Translations under genes and position numbers: made by a program
The notes under the pieces: generated by a model
What the model saw: the letters and a program-made list of their open reading frames with translations, nothing else
Database searches by the model: none
What the model was told of the DNA's origin: nothing
Shown here: one piece after another, positions 41,804 to 51,914 of the stretch
Layout of the letters: every line of letters begins with the position of its first letter
Position numbering within the stretch: position 1 is the first letter of the stretch
Source: Candidatus Heimdallarchaeota archaeon
GTDB lineage: Archaea; Asgardarchaeota; Heimdallarchaeia; JABLTI01
Reading direction: 5' to 3'
Length of the DNA stretch: 64,000 nt
NCBI GenBank assembly: GCA_018238155.1
Contig: JABCTZ010000022.1
Coordinates: 1 to 64,000, forward strand

Positions 41804-44605
41804 TCACATTTCTAGTGCGAATTTTGTTTTCGTTGGAGGGGTTACTATGGCAATTGGATCAAATATTGGTCCATTTGATAATGGTGTTAAAATATTAGTA
41901 TCCATATCAACAACCAATTTATCTACACTACCATCAAACAAACCAGAATGATATACATCTGAACCATTTGTGAATCTGAAGTAATAGTTGTATGTACTAA
42001 GAACACCATTGAATTGAGCATAGCCAGTACTATTCGTCAGAGCACTCAACCCTGAGTAGGACCCTCCTTCTCTATACAGATAAACTAGAATCCCGGAATC
42101 GGGGACACCGTCATCATTAACGAAGCAGAATACTCTTGCACCAATATTGATATCGTGAGTATATTCTGGCAATGCACCATTGAATTCAGTTGACCAGAAT
42201 TGTCCACCAGCATAATCCACTCTGAATTTGTATTGCGTAGTAGATAAGACACCATTGAATTGTGCATGACCAGTCACATTTGTTCTGACACTAAATCCAG
42301 AGTAAGAACCACTAGCTGTAAAGAGGTAAACTCTAACATTATTTAGAGGGTTATCTTCTACTCCATAGACAACATGAGCATAGACAATACCACCAATATT
42401 GGTCTCAACAACACTTTCAGGTTGTGTTCCATTAAATTCTGTGGACCAGAAGCGTCCAGCGGCATAATCAACTCTGAATTTGTATTGTGTAGTTGCTAGG
42501 ACTCCGTTGAATTGTGCATAGCCTGTTGAATTGGTTCGTGTGCTAATACCTGAGTAAGAACCACTTGCAGTAAAGAGATACACTCGAACATTGTTGAGGG
42601 GAGCATCATCAGGACCATAGACAACATGGGCGTAAACAACACCACCAATATTAATTTCTACAACAAAGTCATCGATACTTCCATTGAATTCTGTGGACCA
42701 GAAGCGTCCGGCGGCATAGTCAACTCTGAATTTATATTGTGTAGTTGCTAGGACTCCATCAAATCGAGCATAACCTGTACTATTAGTTCGTGCGCTTATA
42801 CCTGAGTAGGAGCCACTTGCAGTAAAGAGATACGCTCTGACATTGCTTAATGGTAAATTGCCGGCACCATAAGTAACATGTGCATAAACCGTTCCGCCAA
42901 TATTAATATCAACAACAATAAATGATGCTGAACCATTGAAAACATCAGACCAGAAGCGACCACCAGCAAAGTCAACTCTAAATTTGTAATCGGTGCTCTT
43001 TAAGACTCCATTGAATCGTGCATAGCCGGTTGAATTTGTTCTCGCAGATATTCCTGAATAGGAACCACTTGCAGTAAAGAGATATACTCTAACATTGCTC
43101 AATGGATTTCCTTCTGAACCATAGATTACATGTGCATAGGCTTCTGCACCAACATTAATTTCAACGATCAATACTGCTTGGGAGCCATTGAATTCACCAC
43201 TCCATTCTCGACCGCCTGCGTAATCCACTCTGAATTTAAACATAGAATCTTTCTCAATTGGGCTAAACAGAACATAGCCTGTTGAATTTGTTCTTGCACT
43301 CCTACCCGTATAGGAGCCACTTGCAGTAAAGAGATACACTCGAACATTATTGAGTGGTAGTTCATCTGGACCGTAAATTACATGACCGTATACTTTTCCA
43401 CCAATATAAATTGTAATTACTGCTCCATCTGAAGCACCAAATACATCACTCCAAGTTCTGGCTGCGCCATAATCAACTCTAAATTTGTAGGCACCAGCAG
43501 AAAGTGCGAAAGCAGCATAACCAGTTGAATTAGTTCGTGTACTTACTCCTAAATAGGATCCAGTGCTACTGAATAGATAAACTCGTAAATTATTTTGACC
43601 AATTTCATCAGCATCAACAACATGAGCATAAACAACTCCACCACCAATATCGATGGTAGTTTCACTCACTGTTGGATAGTTAACTTGTGGACTTGAATAG
43701 TTCAATCCTAAGTAGAATACTTTGAAGACATATACACCTGGACTTATAGTTAGGAAAGCATCGCCTTCACTATTGGTGACTGCATATTCGCCATTGTAGC
43801 GACCTAAACTATCGAAACTAAATACAGTTAAACCGTTAATTCCACCTGCTTGGTTTTGAACGTGAACTTTCATTAAATCGCCAGTTGCACCTACTTGAAC
43901 TGTAACCGAAGATACTGAAGGATGATAGAATGCTTCTGACCAGTAGATCTGACCTAAGTAACTTACTCGAGCTTTGTACTCACCGATTCTCAAAAATTGT
44001 TCTACTTTTCCTGAGGACGCGGTTGTTTGTGTTGGGACACCTGTGAAAGCATCATTTGAATGATAAAAATCAACATTTGCTCCACTTACGGGATCTGAAT
44101 CCTGATCAATAACATTTACAGTAAATAGTGAGCCAAAAGTAGTACCACTTGGTGTAAAAGCTTTCGTTTCTACGGAAGCTCCAAATGACACTGTTAATGT
44201 ATAGGATGTTCCTTCTTCAAGTTGCCCTACGAGACTTGTTGCAGAAAGAATAACATTTCCCGCTTTTCCGTCTAGTATTTGAGAGGCACCTGCTTGTGTA
44301 TGAGCCCAATCATAGCTATTGGTTCCATCAGTGATTGCATAAGAAAATTCAGTCATGTTTGCAATTCCAACACCATTCGTTGTTACAATAATGATGTTAA
44401 CCTTAATTGCATCAATAGAACCATCGTGATCATAATCTTTGAATTCAGATACAGTGCTAATTCCAAAAGTTATTTCTGTCTCTTGATTAAGAAGAGGGAC
44501 AACAACAAAGTAAACGACTGCAGCAGCTGAAACAGTTAAAGCTATTAGTAAAATGGTTGCTATCACCGGACTAACTGCTCTCTTGTTTCTAAATATATTT
44601 CTCAT
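41804..44605 (-). CDS. Giant archaeal type IV pilin-like adhesin with tandem 84-aa beta-sandwich repeats
   Basis: Class III signal NKRA|VSPVIATILLIALTV; repeats with 252-bp period. Alternative GTG start at 44620. Confidence 0.85.
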   Translation of the reverse strand: MRNIFRNKRAVSPVIATILLIALTVSAAAVVYFVVVPLLNQETEITFGISTVSEFKDYDHDGSIDAIKVNIIIVTTNGVGIANMTEFSYAITDGTNSYDWAHTQAGASQILDGKAGNVILSATSLVGQLEEGTSYTLTVSFGASVETKAFTPSGTTFGSLFTVNVIDQDSDPVSGANVDFYHSNDAFTGVPTQTTASSGKVEQFLRIGEYKARVSYLGQIYWSEAFYHPSVSSVTVQVGATGDLMKVHVQNQAGGINGLTVFSFDSLGRYNGEYAVTNSEGDAFLTISPGVYVFKVFYLGLNYSSPQVNYPTVSETTIDIGGGVVYAHVVDADEIGQNNLRVYLFSSTGSYLGVSTRTNSTGYAAFALSAGAYKFRVDYGAARTWSDVFGASDGAVITIYIGGKVYGHVIYGPDELPLNNVRVYLFTASGSYTGRSARTNSTGYVLFSPIEKDSMFKFRVDYAGGREWSGEFNGSQAVLIVEINVGAEAYAHVIYGSEGNPLSNVRVYLFTASGSYSGISARTNSTGYARFNGVLKSTDYKFRVDFAGGRFWSDVFNGSASFIVVDINIGGTVYAHVTYGAGNLPLSNVRAYLFTASGSYSGISARTNSTGYARFDGVLATTQYKFRVDYAAGRFWSTEFNGSIDDFVVEINIGGVVYAHVVYGPDDAPLNNVRVYLFTASGSYSGISTRTNSTGYAQFNGVLATTQYKFRVDYAAGRFWSTEFNGTQPESVVETNIGGIVYAHVVYGVEDNPLNNVRVYLFTASGSYSGFSVRTNVTGHAQFNGVLSTTQYKFRVDYAGGQFWSTEFNGALPEYTHDINIGARVFCFVNDDGVPDSGILVYLYREGGSYSGLSALTNSTGYAQFNGVLSTYNYYFRFTNGSDVYHSGLFDGSVDKLVVDMDTNILTPLSNGPIFDPIAIVTPPTKTKFALEM

Positions 44606-44836
44606 TGTATTTCGTTCCACCAGAATATAGATAATAAAATAATAATTGATAGATTAAACATAAATTAGTGATAATCAATAACTACAAAGATAAAATATAA
44701 GTATTAGGAAATAGGCATCCGCGTTTATAGTAGGGTTATCCGCAGATAAATGAATCAAAATTCATTAAGAAAAGTAAAAAAATAGAAAATGACAGCAATT
44801 TTCAATGAAAACTACTGTTTTAGTAAACACTTTGAT

Positions 44837-46072
44837 TTAAATAATATCCAGATTTTTGGCATGTTTTGTGATAATTTCAACTGCCTCATCAATTGTTTCA
44901 AAATCAAATGATGATTGACATGAAGTACGTAACAATTCTCTACCAACGGGTGTTGCTGGAGTTCTTACTGGATTTGTATAAACACTTCTTGGTGTTTCTG
45001 CAAGTAAATCCTTGAACATCTGGAAAGTTTTCATTTCATCACATATTAGCAATGGAATAATTGGTGATGCAGAATGACCAATATCGAAACCGGCATCTAA
45101 ATATCCTTTCTTTAATCGCTTAGCATTTGCCCATAATTTTTGGCGATGAGAGTCATCTTTTTCAATTATGTCAAGTACTGCTAGTACTGTAGCAACAGCT
45201 GAGGGAGGGGAACTTGCACTGAAAATCATGCTTCTTGCTCTGTGTTTAACCCATTTACAGACTGATTCTGAGGCAGCAATATAACCACCAATAGAAGCGA
45301 AGCTTTTAGAGAATGTGCCCATAACAATATCTACTTTGTCTTGAACGCCAAAATGAGCTGCAGTTCCACGTCCATTTGGACCCAAAACACCTACAGCATG
45401 AGCATCATCAACATAAACTCCTGCACCATAAGTTTCAGCAAGTTCTGTTATCTCATCTAGCTTTGCGATATCGCCTTCCATTGAGAATATTCCGTCAGTC
45501 ACAATAAGAGCATACTCACCTTTAGGAATCTTTTTCAAAGATTTTTCTAATGAGTCCATATCGTTGTGTTTGTAGATGATCTTATTCTTTTTATCAAGAC
45601 TGCTTAATCGAATGCCATCTATAATTGATGCATGATTCTGTTCATCTGAAACAACCCAATCACCTTTTCTTAGAAAACATGAAAGAGTTCCTAGATTCGC
45701 TTGCATACCTGTTGAGAAGATTACAGCGCTTTCTGTCCCTATGAATTCTGCGAGTCGATTCTCTAATCTTGTATGGATATCCATTGTACCATTCAATAAT
45801 CTTGAGCCGGTAGAGCCAGTACCGTACTCTTCAATTGCATTACATGCAGCTTCTTTGACTTTTGGATTGGTTGTCATTGAAAGGTAATTATTGCTTCCAA
45901 ACATAATTGTTTCTCGATCGCCGAATTTCACTATTGGACCTTGTTCGCTGGAAAGTTCCATAAAATATGGGTATAAACCTAGTTGTTTGGCAAAATCCAT
46001 TTGATCAAATAACTCTGCTTGTGCCCGTTCCTCATATTTTTGGAAAAATGTCATAGTAACAACTTCATTCAT
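44837..46072 (-). CDS. Alpha-oxoamine synthase family PLP enzyme (serine palmitoyltransferase/BioF/Kbl-like)
   Basis: GSNNYL, GSRLLNGT, NHASIIDG, DGIFSMEGD, DDAH, TFSKS. Confidence 0.92.
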   Translation of the reverse strand: MNEVVTMTFFQKYEERAQAELFDQMDFAKQLGLYPYFMELSSEQGPIVKFGDRETIMFGSNNYLSMTTNPKVKEAACNAIEEYGTGSTGSRLLNGTMDIHTRLENRLAEFIGTESAVIFSTGMQANLGTLSCFLRKGDWVVSDEQNHASIIDGIRLSSLDKKNKIIYKHNDMDSLEKSLKKIPKGEYALIVTDGIFSMEGDIAKLDEITELAETYGAGVYVDDAHAVGVLGPNGRGTAAHFGVQDKVDIVMGTFSKSFASIGGYIAASESVCKWVKHRARSMIFSASSPPSAVATVLAVLDIIEKDDSHRQKLWANAKRLKKGYLDAGFDIGHSASPIIPLLICDEMKTFQMFKDLLAETPRSVYTNPVRTPATPVGRELLRTSCQSSFDFETIDEAVEIITKHAKNLDII

Positions 46073-46223
46073 TGACGTTCATTATGTGTTTTTAAAATTT
46101 ACTTGAATACTCATTATCAATTGCCTTTAATAAGTAACCACATTTTATCGAGAAAAGTTAAAGTAAGAAAAACAATGTTTAGTTTCTAGTGGGAAACACT
46201 ACTAAAGAAATGATTGATTTAAA

Positions 46224-46844
46224 ATGTCGAAAATTGTCATCAAAAAATGTACAGAAAAACATCTTTACAGCTATACCAAAATAATGGTGCAAGCATTTAA
46301 TGACAAATATCCACATTTTTTCTCAGGAGTTCCCGAAAAGGAATATATTGAAATTTTACAACAACTCAATTTATTAGAACTCCAATCAAATAAGTTCATT
46401 GGAAAATATGTTATAATTTATAATGAGAGCGTAGCAGGTGCAATTAATTTCTACATCAGCAGACAAAAAATACTCCTAGCTGAGTTTTATAAGATCCTAG
46501 GGAAAAATATTGGTTATCTTAAAGCAATTAAAGTAGGAATTATGCTCTTAGGGTTTGGTCCACCTTTCAATTTTCCCATGAATACTCTATATATAGATCA
46601 AATAGGTATAAGTGCTGATTTCAGAAGAAAGGGCCTCGGAAAAAAATTAATGCATTTTGCTGTTAAAAAAGCAATGAAAACAGGTTGCAAAAAAGTTAAG
46701 CTGGATGTTATAGCTAAAAATGAAGGAGCTATTGCACTTTACAATAAGCTAGGGTTTGTTATAACCAAAACCAATGAAACATCACTGGGTGAAGTTTTTC
46801 TTGGTATAAGAAAATACTATTCGATGGAGAAAAAATTATCGTAA
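46224..46844 (+). CDS. GNAT family N-acetyltransferase
   Basis: FRRKGLGKKL, NEGAIALYNKLGF. Confidence 0.92.
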   Translation: MSKIVIKKCTEKHLYSYTKIMVQAFNDKYPHFFSGVPEKEYIEILQQLNLLELQSNKFIGKYVIIYNESVAGAINFYISRQKILLAEFYKILGKNIGYLKAIKVGIMLLGFGPPFNFPMNTLYIDQIGISADFRRKGLGKKLMHFAVKKAMKTGCKKVKLDVIAKNEGAIALYNKLGFVITKTNETSLGEVFLGIRKYYSMEKKLS

Positions 46845-46935
46845 TTAGTCCTTTTTCTTATCTGTATGTGGTATCAGAATGCTTATCAAACTTTTTTGTC
46901 TATTATGATAAGAGATACTTGGATGAAATACTATA

Positions 46936-47316
46936 ATGACTCGAGAGAAAGCAATATTGGTTATGGATGATGATGATTCTTTTCAGAAAGTCATGAAAGA
47001 GGTTCTAGATTGTTTAGGATATTCAAGTTTTTTTGTTAAAAATGGCGAGGAAGCATTTTTTTTGTATAAAAAAGCTAAAGAATCAAACAAACCTTTCGAT
47101 GCTGTTATTCTGGATTTACATATTGAAGAAGGAATAAATGGTGAAGAAGGGACAAAGCTTTTGCTTACTTACGATCCCAAAGTCAAAATAATCATTTCAA
47201 GTGGAATGGGTAATCATCCTATGATGGATAAACCTCAAGATTATGGGTTACAAGGAACTTTGCTAAAACCATTTGGTATGCCTACTTTGAAAGCACTATT
47301 GGAAAAATTATTGTGA
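46936..47316 (+). CDS. Stand-alone response regulator receiver (CheY-like)
   Basis: LVMDDD, VILDL, SSG, KPF. Confidence 0.92.
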   Translation: MTREKAILVMDDDDSFQKVMKEVLDCLGYSSFFVKNGEEAFFLYKKAKESNKPFDAVILDLHIEEGINGEEGTKLLLTYDPKVKIIISSGMGNHPMMDKPQDYGLQGTLLKPFGMPTLKALLEKLL

Positions 47317-47380
47317 AAATAATTTATTGATTCATTTCTATTTCCGAAAGAGTCTAAAGTTCTATCATCCAATTATCGTT

Positions 47381-48130
47381 ATGAATAAAAAAATCATCTC
47401 AGTAGAGGGCAAACTCTACTATGGTCGATTTGTTGATAGACCAAATCGCTTTTTAGTCAATATTAAATTGGAGGGAACAGATGAAATCCACGCTGCATTT
47501 CTACATGACCCTGGTAGAATGAAGGAATTACTGTTACCAGATGTACGATTACTAATTAGAAAACCTTTGAAAATGAGTGACAGGAAAACTAATTGGGATG
47601 TTTTAGCAGTTTATCATAACAATTTCTGGATTACGATTAAATCTAGCTTGCCAAATTTAGTTGCAAAAACAGCATTAAGTAATGGTTGGATATCGGAATT
47701 AGTAGAATATCCTAATCTGAAACCAGAAATTAAATACGGTCACAGTCGCTTAGACTTTCTTCTAACAAATGGATCAAGTGAATGTTATGTTGAGGTAAAA
47801 GGTGTTACTCTTGTTGAGAGTGGAGTTGCTTTGTTTCCAGATGCACCTACTTCACGAGGAACACGACATCTACAGGAATTAATTAAATTAAAAGCCGAAG
47901 GAAAGAGAGCAGTAGTACTTTTTATTTGTATGAGAAATGACCCTGAAGCTTTTTCACCAAATTGGATAACTGATCCTGTGTTCAGTAAACAATTAGAAAC
48001 AGCAGTAAATGAGGGAGTAGAAGTTTTGGTGTATAAGGTACAACCCGCAGTTAAAAATAACAAATTGGTTCTTTTTTTCACTGAAAACATTGAAAACATA
48101 ATTATAGAAGAAACTAAATCCTTTCAATAA
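47381..48130 (+). CDS. sfsA: DNA/RNA nuclease SfsA
   Basis: RPNRF, PGRMKELL, SRLDFLL, VEVKGVTL, FPDAPTSRG.RHL.EL. Confidence 0.95.
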   Translation: MNKKIISVEGKLYYGRFVDRPNRFLVNIKLEGTDEIHAAFLHDPGRMKELLLPDVRLLIRKPLKMSDRKTNWDVLAVYHNNFWITIKSSLPNLVAKTALSNGWISELVEYPNLKPEIKYGHSRLDFLLTNGSSECYVEVKGVTLVESGVALFPDAPTSRGTRHLQELIKLKAEGKRAVVLFICMRNDPEAFSPNWITDPVFSKQLETAVNEGVEVLVYKVQPAVKNNKLVLFFTENIENIIIEETKSFQ

Positions 48131-48153
48131 AGACTTCTTTTCATCACGATTTT

Positions 48154-48441
48154 GTGGGAATAACCTTGGAAGAATTAAAACTCGTTGGGAAAATTGCTGC
48201 GGATAAAGAAAGTAAGAAATTAGGAAGAATAATAAAAATCGAAAATATTGAAGATCAGAAAACAAAGATACCAAAACCGAATGTTCTTGTTTTAGTAAGC
48301 AAACCATTCAGAAAAGATATTGTAATTTTAATTGAAGTTTCAAAATTATTAAGAGAAGAAGCTGAATATGTTTGGTTTGATATTTTCAAGAAGGATTTCG
48401 ACCAAGAAGTAAGAGAAACCAGAGCTTTGATTAATTTATAA
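48154..48441 (+). CDS. PRC-barrel-like protein
   Basis: LVGK...D...KKLGRI..I. Confidence 0.55.
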   Translation: MGITLEELKLVGKIAADKESKKLGRIIKIENIEDQKTKIPKPNVLVLVSKPFRKDIVILIEVSKLLREEAEYVWFDIFKKDFDQEVRETRALINL

Positions 48442-48570
48442 GATTTTAGAATTTCTTTGAAAAATAGACTCAATAGAAATAACCAGCTATTTTTGTTCAT
48501 ATAATGAGTATGAGAGCTATATTTAAATTCAAGTCTATTGATTGAAAATTGGCATTCAGAGGAATTCATT

Positions 48571-49554
48571 ATGAGCTTTCTAGTGGAATATGGTTGGTTA
48601 GCTATAGTAATAATAATTGTACTAGCATTCCTTTGCGAATTTATGGACGCATCTCTAGGAATGGGTTATGGTACAACTTTGACACCTGTATTACTTTTCT
48701 TTGTAGATGATATTGCAATGATAGTTCCAGCCGTGCTTTTATCTGAATTCATTACAGGTTTGGTCTCTGCGACGTTTCATATAATTTTCAAAAATGTTAA
48801 ATTAGGACAAAAAGATAAAGTCAACAATTCCTTAGGTGAATTAAGTCCAAATATTATTGATACACAAACAGCTAGTGCTATTTCAATCCCTATTAGTAAC
48901 AATTTAAAAATCACTGAAAACGGAAATGGATTTACTGAATCTATTGGGAATTTGACTCGTGATACGAAAATTGTCATGATTCTCGCTTTCTTTGGAATAT
49001 TAGGAGCAATTTGCTCTTCAGTTATTTCAGTTATTTGTCATTCAAATGAGGTATTTAATTTTGGTGCAAAAATCTACATAGGACTAATGGTTATTGCTAT
49101 GGGGATTGTTATTATCGTTTTACGAAATAAGGTGCAAAAGTTCTCTTACAAGAAAATAGTATCCTTGGGTGTATTGGCAGGCTTTAATAAAGGGCTATCA
49201 GGAGGAGGATATGGCCCAATTACTGTTTCAGGTCAAATTCTAGCAGGACGGGAAGGGAAAAGCGCTATTGCATCAACTTCAGTTTCTGAAACACTTGTCT
49301 GCTTTGTTGGAGTAGCAGCTTATATTATTACGAACTTAATAATTATGAATCGTGGGGATTTAGATATTAGTTGGGAATATCTTGAGTATGCACCATATTT
49401 GATAGCTGGTGCGGTTGTCTCTGCACCGTTAGCTGCATTAACAACAAAAAAGGTTAAAGCAAAATGGTTGAAAATAGCAGTGGGATGGGGAACAATTGTA
49501 CTCGGTGTGTTCAGTATTATTAGATATACCTTGCATTTTGCAGGCATTTGGTAA
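48571..49554 (+). CDS. TauE/SafE family (sulfite exporter-like) membrane protein
   Basis: DASLGMGYGTTLTP, GLSGGGYGP. Confidence 0.88.
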   Translation: MSFLVEYGWLAIVIIIVLAFLCEFMDASLGMGYGTTLTPVLLFFVDDIAMIVPAVLLSEFITGLVSATFHIIFKNVKLGQKDKVNNSLGELSPNIIDTQTASAISIPISNNLKITENGNGFTESIGNLTRDTKIVMILAFFGILGAICSSVISVICHSNEVFNFGAKIYIGLMVIAMGIVIIVLRNKVQKFSYKKIVSLGVLAGFNKGLSGGGYGPITVSGQILAGREGKSAIASTSVSETLVCFVGVAAYIITNLIIMNRGDLDISWEYLEYAPYLIAGAVVSAPLAALTTKKVKAKWLKIAVGWGTIVLGVFSIIRYTLHFAGIW

Positions 49555-49686
49555 TTCAAGAAATAAATTAAATTCTAAGCAAAAATTCTCTGATTATCAT
49601 TTGAAAAACTTATATGTTTGATACCCATAATTAATTTGGCATAATTACATGTTAATGAAAAATAATCTAAACTAGGAGTGTAGAAT

Positions 49687-50010
49687 TTGAGCTCGGAAAA
49701 AAAATTCACTGTTCTTGAGATGATTGGAAAAGCAGCCTTTGCAAATAATGAAGATACCAGTATTGGAAGAGTAACAAAGATAATTGATCAGAAAGATAGC
49801 GATGAGGATAATGAATGTCTCCTTGGAGACATAAAATCAGATTTATTCCAAATTGTTGTTAAAATTGATTCGAAGAAATTTGCAATGTTATCAGAACCAA
49901 CAGAAATATTATTTTCAAGTCAAACTATTGAAAGTGTTTCAAAAAGAGGGTTTAAACTTCTTTTAACAAAAGAAGCTATTGAATCATATTTAGAAAAAGA
50001 CCTTCATTAA
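49687..50010 (+). CDS. Hypothetical, PRC-barrel-like protein
   Basis: MIGK.......IGRVTKI, with GGAG upstream. Confidence 0.55.
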   Translation: MSSEKKFTVLEMIGKAAFANNEDTSIGRVTKIIDQKDSDEDNECLLGDIKSDLFQIVVKIDSKKFAMLSEPTEILFSSQTIESVSKRGFKLLLTKEAIESYLEKDLH

Positions 50011-51068
50011 ATTCCAAGTGGTCTTTCAATCTCAATTATCTCACCATTTTCTTGAATGAAATAATTTATTTCCGTTGTTACATTATAGTGATAATGAGCA
50101 AGTTGAAAGCTTTTTTCAGCAGCTCTGATTGGTGCTGTCCAAGAAATTATCCATATGCTGTCTTCTTCAAAAGGATTTTCTTGATAAGCAACCCCTGTTA
50201 AAAATGGATACTTTTGACGTAAACGTAAATAGTGACCATCTTGTTTTGTTATATTAAGTAAATAATACCCTAAATCTTTGTCTCCAGAAGAGGATATTAT
50301 TACTAATTCCGGGATAATTCTTTCTTCTAGAAATTCCTTCTTCATACCATCTATAATTGCAAGAATTAGAGTTCGGTTGTCTGCTTTAGATCCTTCAATT
50401 ATTTTATAATTGATATTATGAGTAAATATAAACTCATTACTTGAGTAGGCTCCAGAACCATATTTTTCATTAAATAGATTAGTTGCTCTTATATTGGTAA
50501 CAATTCTAATCGTTGCAAATAAGGAGAAAACTATCATGAAAAAAGCTAAGCTTGTTGTTTTTCTTCGTTTATCCCATTTCAATGGCCAGACTGTTGTTAC
50601 AAACATTAATGCTGCTATTGTATGAATATTATTTGAAGAAAGTAATTTTATTCCATACCATTTTAAGCTGATTGGAAAGAAGATCATCATTCCTGTTGGG
50701 ACGATAATATCAACTGAGAAATGGAGCAGTGTTCCAATATAGAGAGAGAGAATGCCCCCAACAGACCAGAAATTAAGATCAGAATATTTCTCATGTTTCC
50801 ATATTTTATCCTTCAATTTTGGTATGTTAAGAATAGCAGCAAAAATAACTACAAAAGGAATTATCCCCAATAAACTATGAGTAATCGCTCTATGTTCTAA
50901 CCAAAACAACTTCGGAAAGAAATAAACTATAAAATTAAACAGCATATCAATATCAGGTAAAATAGACCCAATGATAATTGGAACAACAAATTTAGTAGGT
51001 ACTTTCTTGATTTTGTCAACCCAAAATATCAGAGAATAAGCAACTAAAGCATGTGTTATCGGATCCAA
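50007..51068 (-). CDS. Membrane-bound metal-dependent hydrolase (YdjM-like)
   Basis: MDPITH, LPDID, HRAITHS, LH...D. Confidence 0.9.
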   Translation of the reverse strand: MDPITHALVAYSLIFWVDKIKKVPTKFVVPIIIGSILPDIDMLFNFIVYFFPKLFWLEHRAITHSLLGIIPFVVIFAAILNIPKLKDKIWKHEKYSDLNFWSVGGILSLYIGTLLHFSVDIIVPTGMMIFFPISLKWYGIKLLSSNNIHTIAALMFVTTVWPLKWDKRRKTTSLAFFMIVFSLFATIRIVTNIRATNLFNEKYGSGAYSSNEFIFTHNINYKIIEGSKADNRTLILAIIDGMKKEFLEERIIPELVIISSSGDKDLGYYLLNITKQDGHYLRLRQKYPFLTGVAYQENPFEEDSIWIISWTAPIRAAEKSFQLAHYHYNVTTEINYFIQENGEIIEIERPLGI

Positions 51069-51152
51069 TTATACATCCCTCCGGGATGAACTTTTGCAGA
51101 TACTTCTATTTTACTAAGAAGTTCTTTTTCCATAAGTGTTTTCTTGTTCATG

Positions 51153-51914
51153 CTATTTCTTCTCTAATTTTTGTAGTTGATTGATTGCTGTACCAGGCCT
51201 AACTCCTTTAGGGCAAACAGCATTACATGCAAATAGTTTCTCACAAGCAGGAGCAGCATCGTTCTTTTGTACTCTATTCAGAATTTCATTCCGATGAGAA
51301 TCGGATACTCGAGTGTCATCTATAAAGCGATATGCTTTTGCTAAGGCAGAAGGACCTAAATAGTTTTTATTTTTACCAGATACAGGGCAAGTCCAACAAA
51401 CACCACACAAAATACAATAAACCAATCGTTCAATTCTACGAGCATCCTCAAAAGCTTGAGAAGATTCAGGAGAAACATCTGTAATTTCCCGGTCAAAATA
51501 TGGTTGTATTTCTCGATAGAATTTCCAGAATGGTTCCATATCAACAATTAAATCTTTTATTACAGCCATATTAGGTAATGGTTCTATTAGAATTTCGTTT
51601 TCTTGATTCCAATTTGAAACATCACCAAATATTAGTTCTGGTACTTGCCGATGTTTCTTGATTTCTATAGGGTGTACTTGTGTTTTACAAGCTAACTGGG
51701 GGAACTTGTTGATTGTCAGACCACATGATCCACAAATTGCTCCTCTACATGAATATCGGAATGCAAGAGTTGAATCATAATGATCTTGTATATAGAATAG
51801 CGCTTCTAAAATTGTCATTCCAGGTTTAAGAGGAACTTGATATCGTTCATATCTCGGATCTTCATTTGGTCCGGCTTGTCTGAAAATGAGAAATGTTTGT
51901 TCGTTTTCAACCAT
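51153..51914 (-). CDS. sdhB: Succinate dehydrogenase/fumarate reductase Fe-S subunit
   Basis: SCRGAICGSC, LAC, CILCGVC..CP, C.....C...CPK. Confidence 0.93.
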   Translation of the reverse strand: MVENEQTFLIFRQAGPNEDPRYERYQVPLKPGMTILEALFYIQDHYDSTLAFRYSCRGAICGSCGLTINKFPQLACKTQVHPIEIKKHRQVPELIFGDVSNWNQENEILIEPLPNMAVIKDLIVDMEPFWKFYREIQPYFDREITDVSPESSQAFEDARRIERLVYCILCGVCWTCPVSGKNKNYLGPSALAKAYRFIDDTRVSDSHRNEILNRVQKNDAAPACEKLFACNAVCPKGVRPGTAINQLQKLEKK

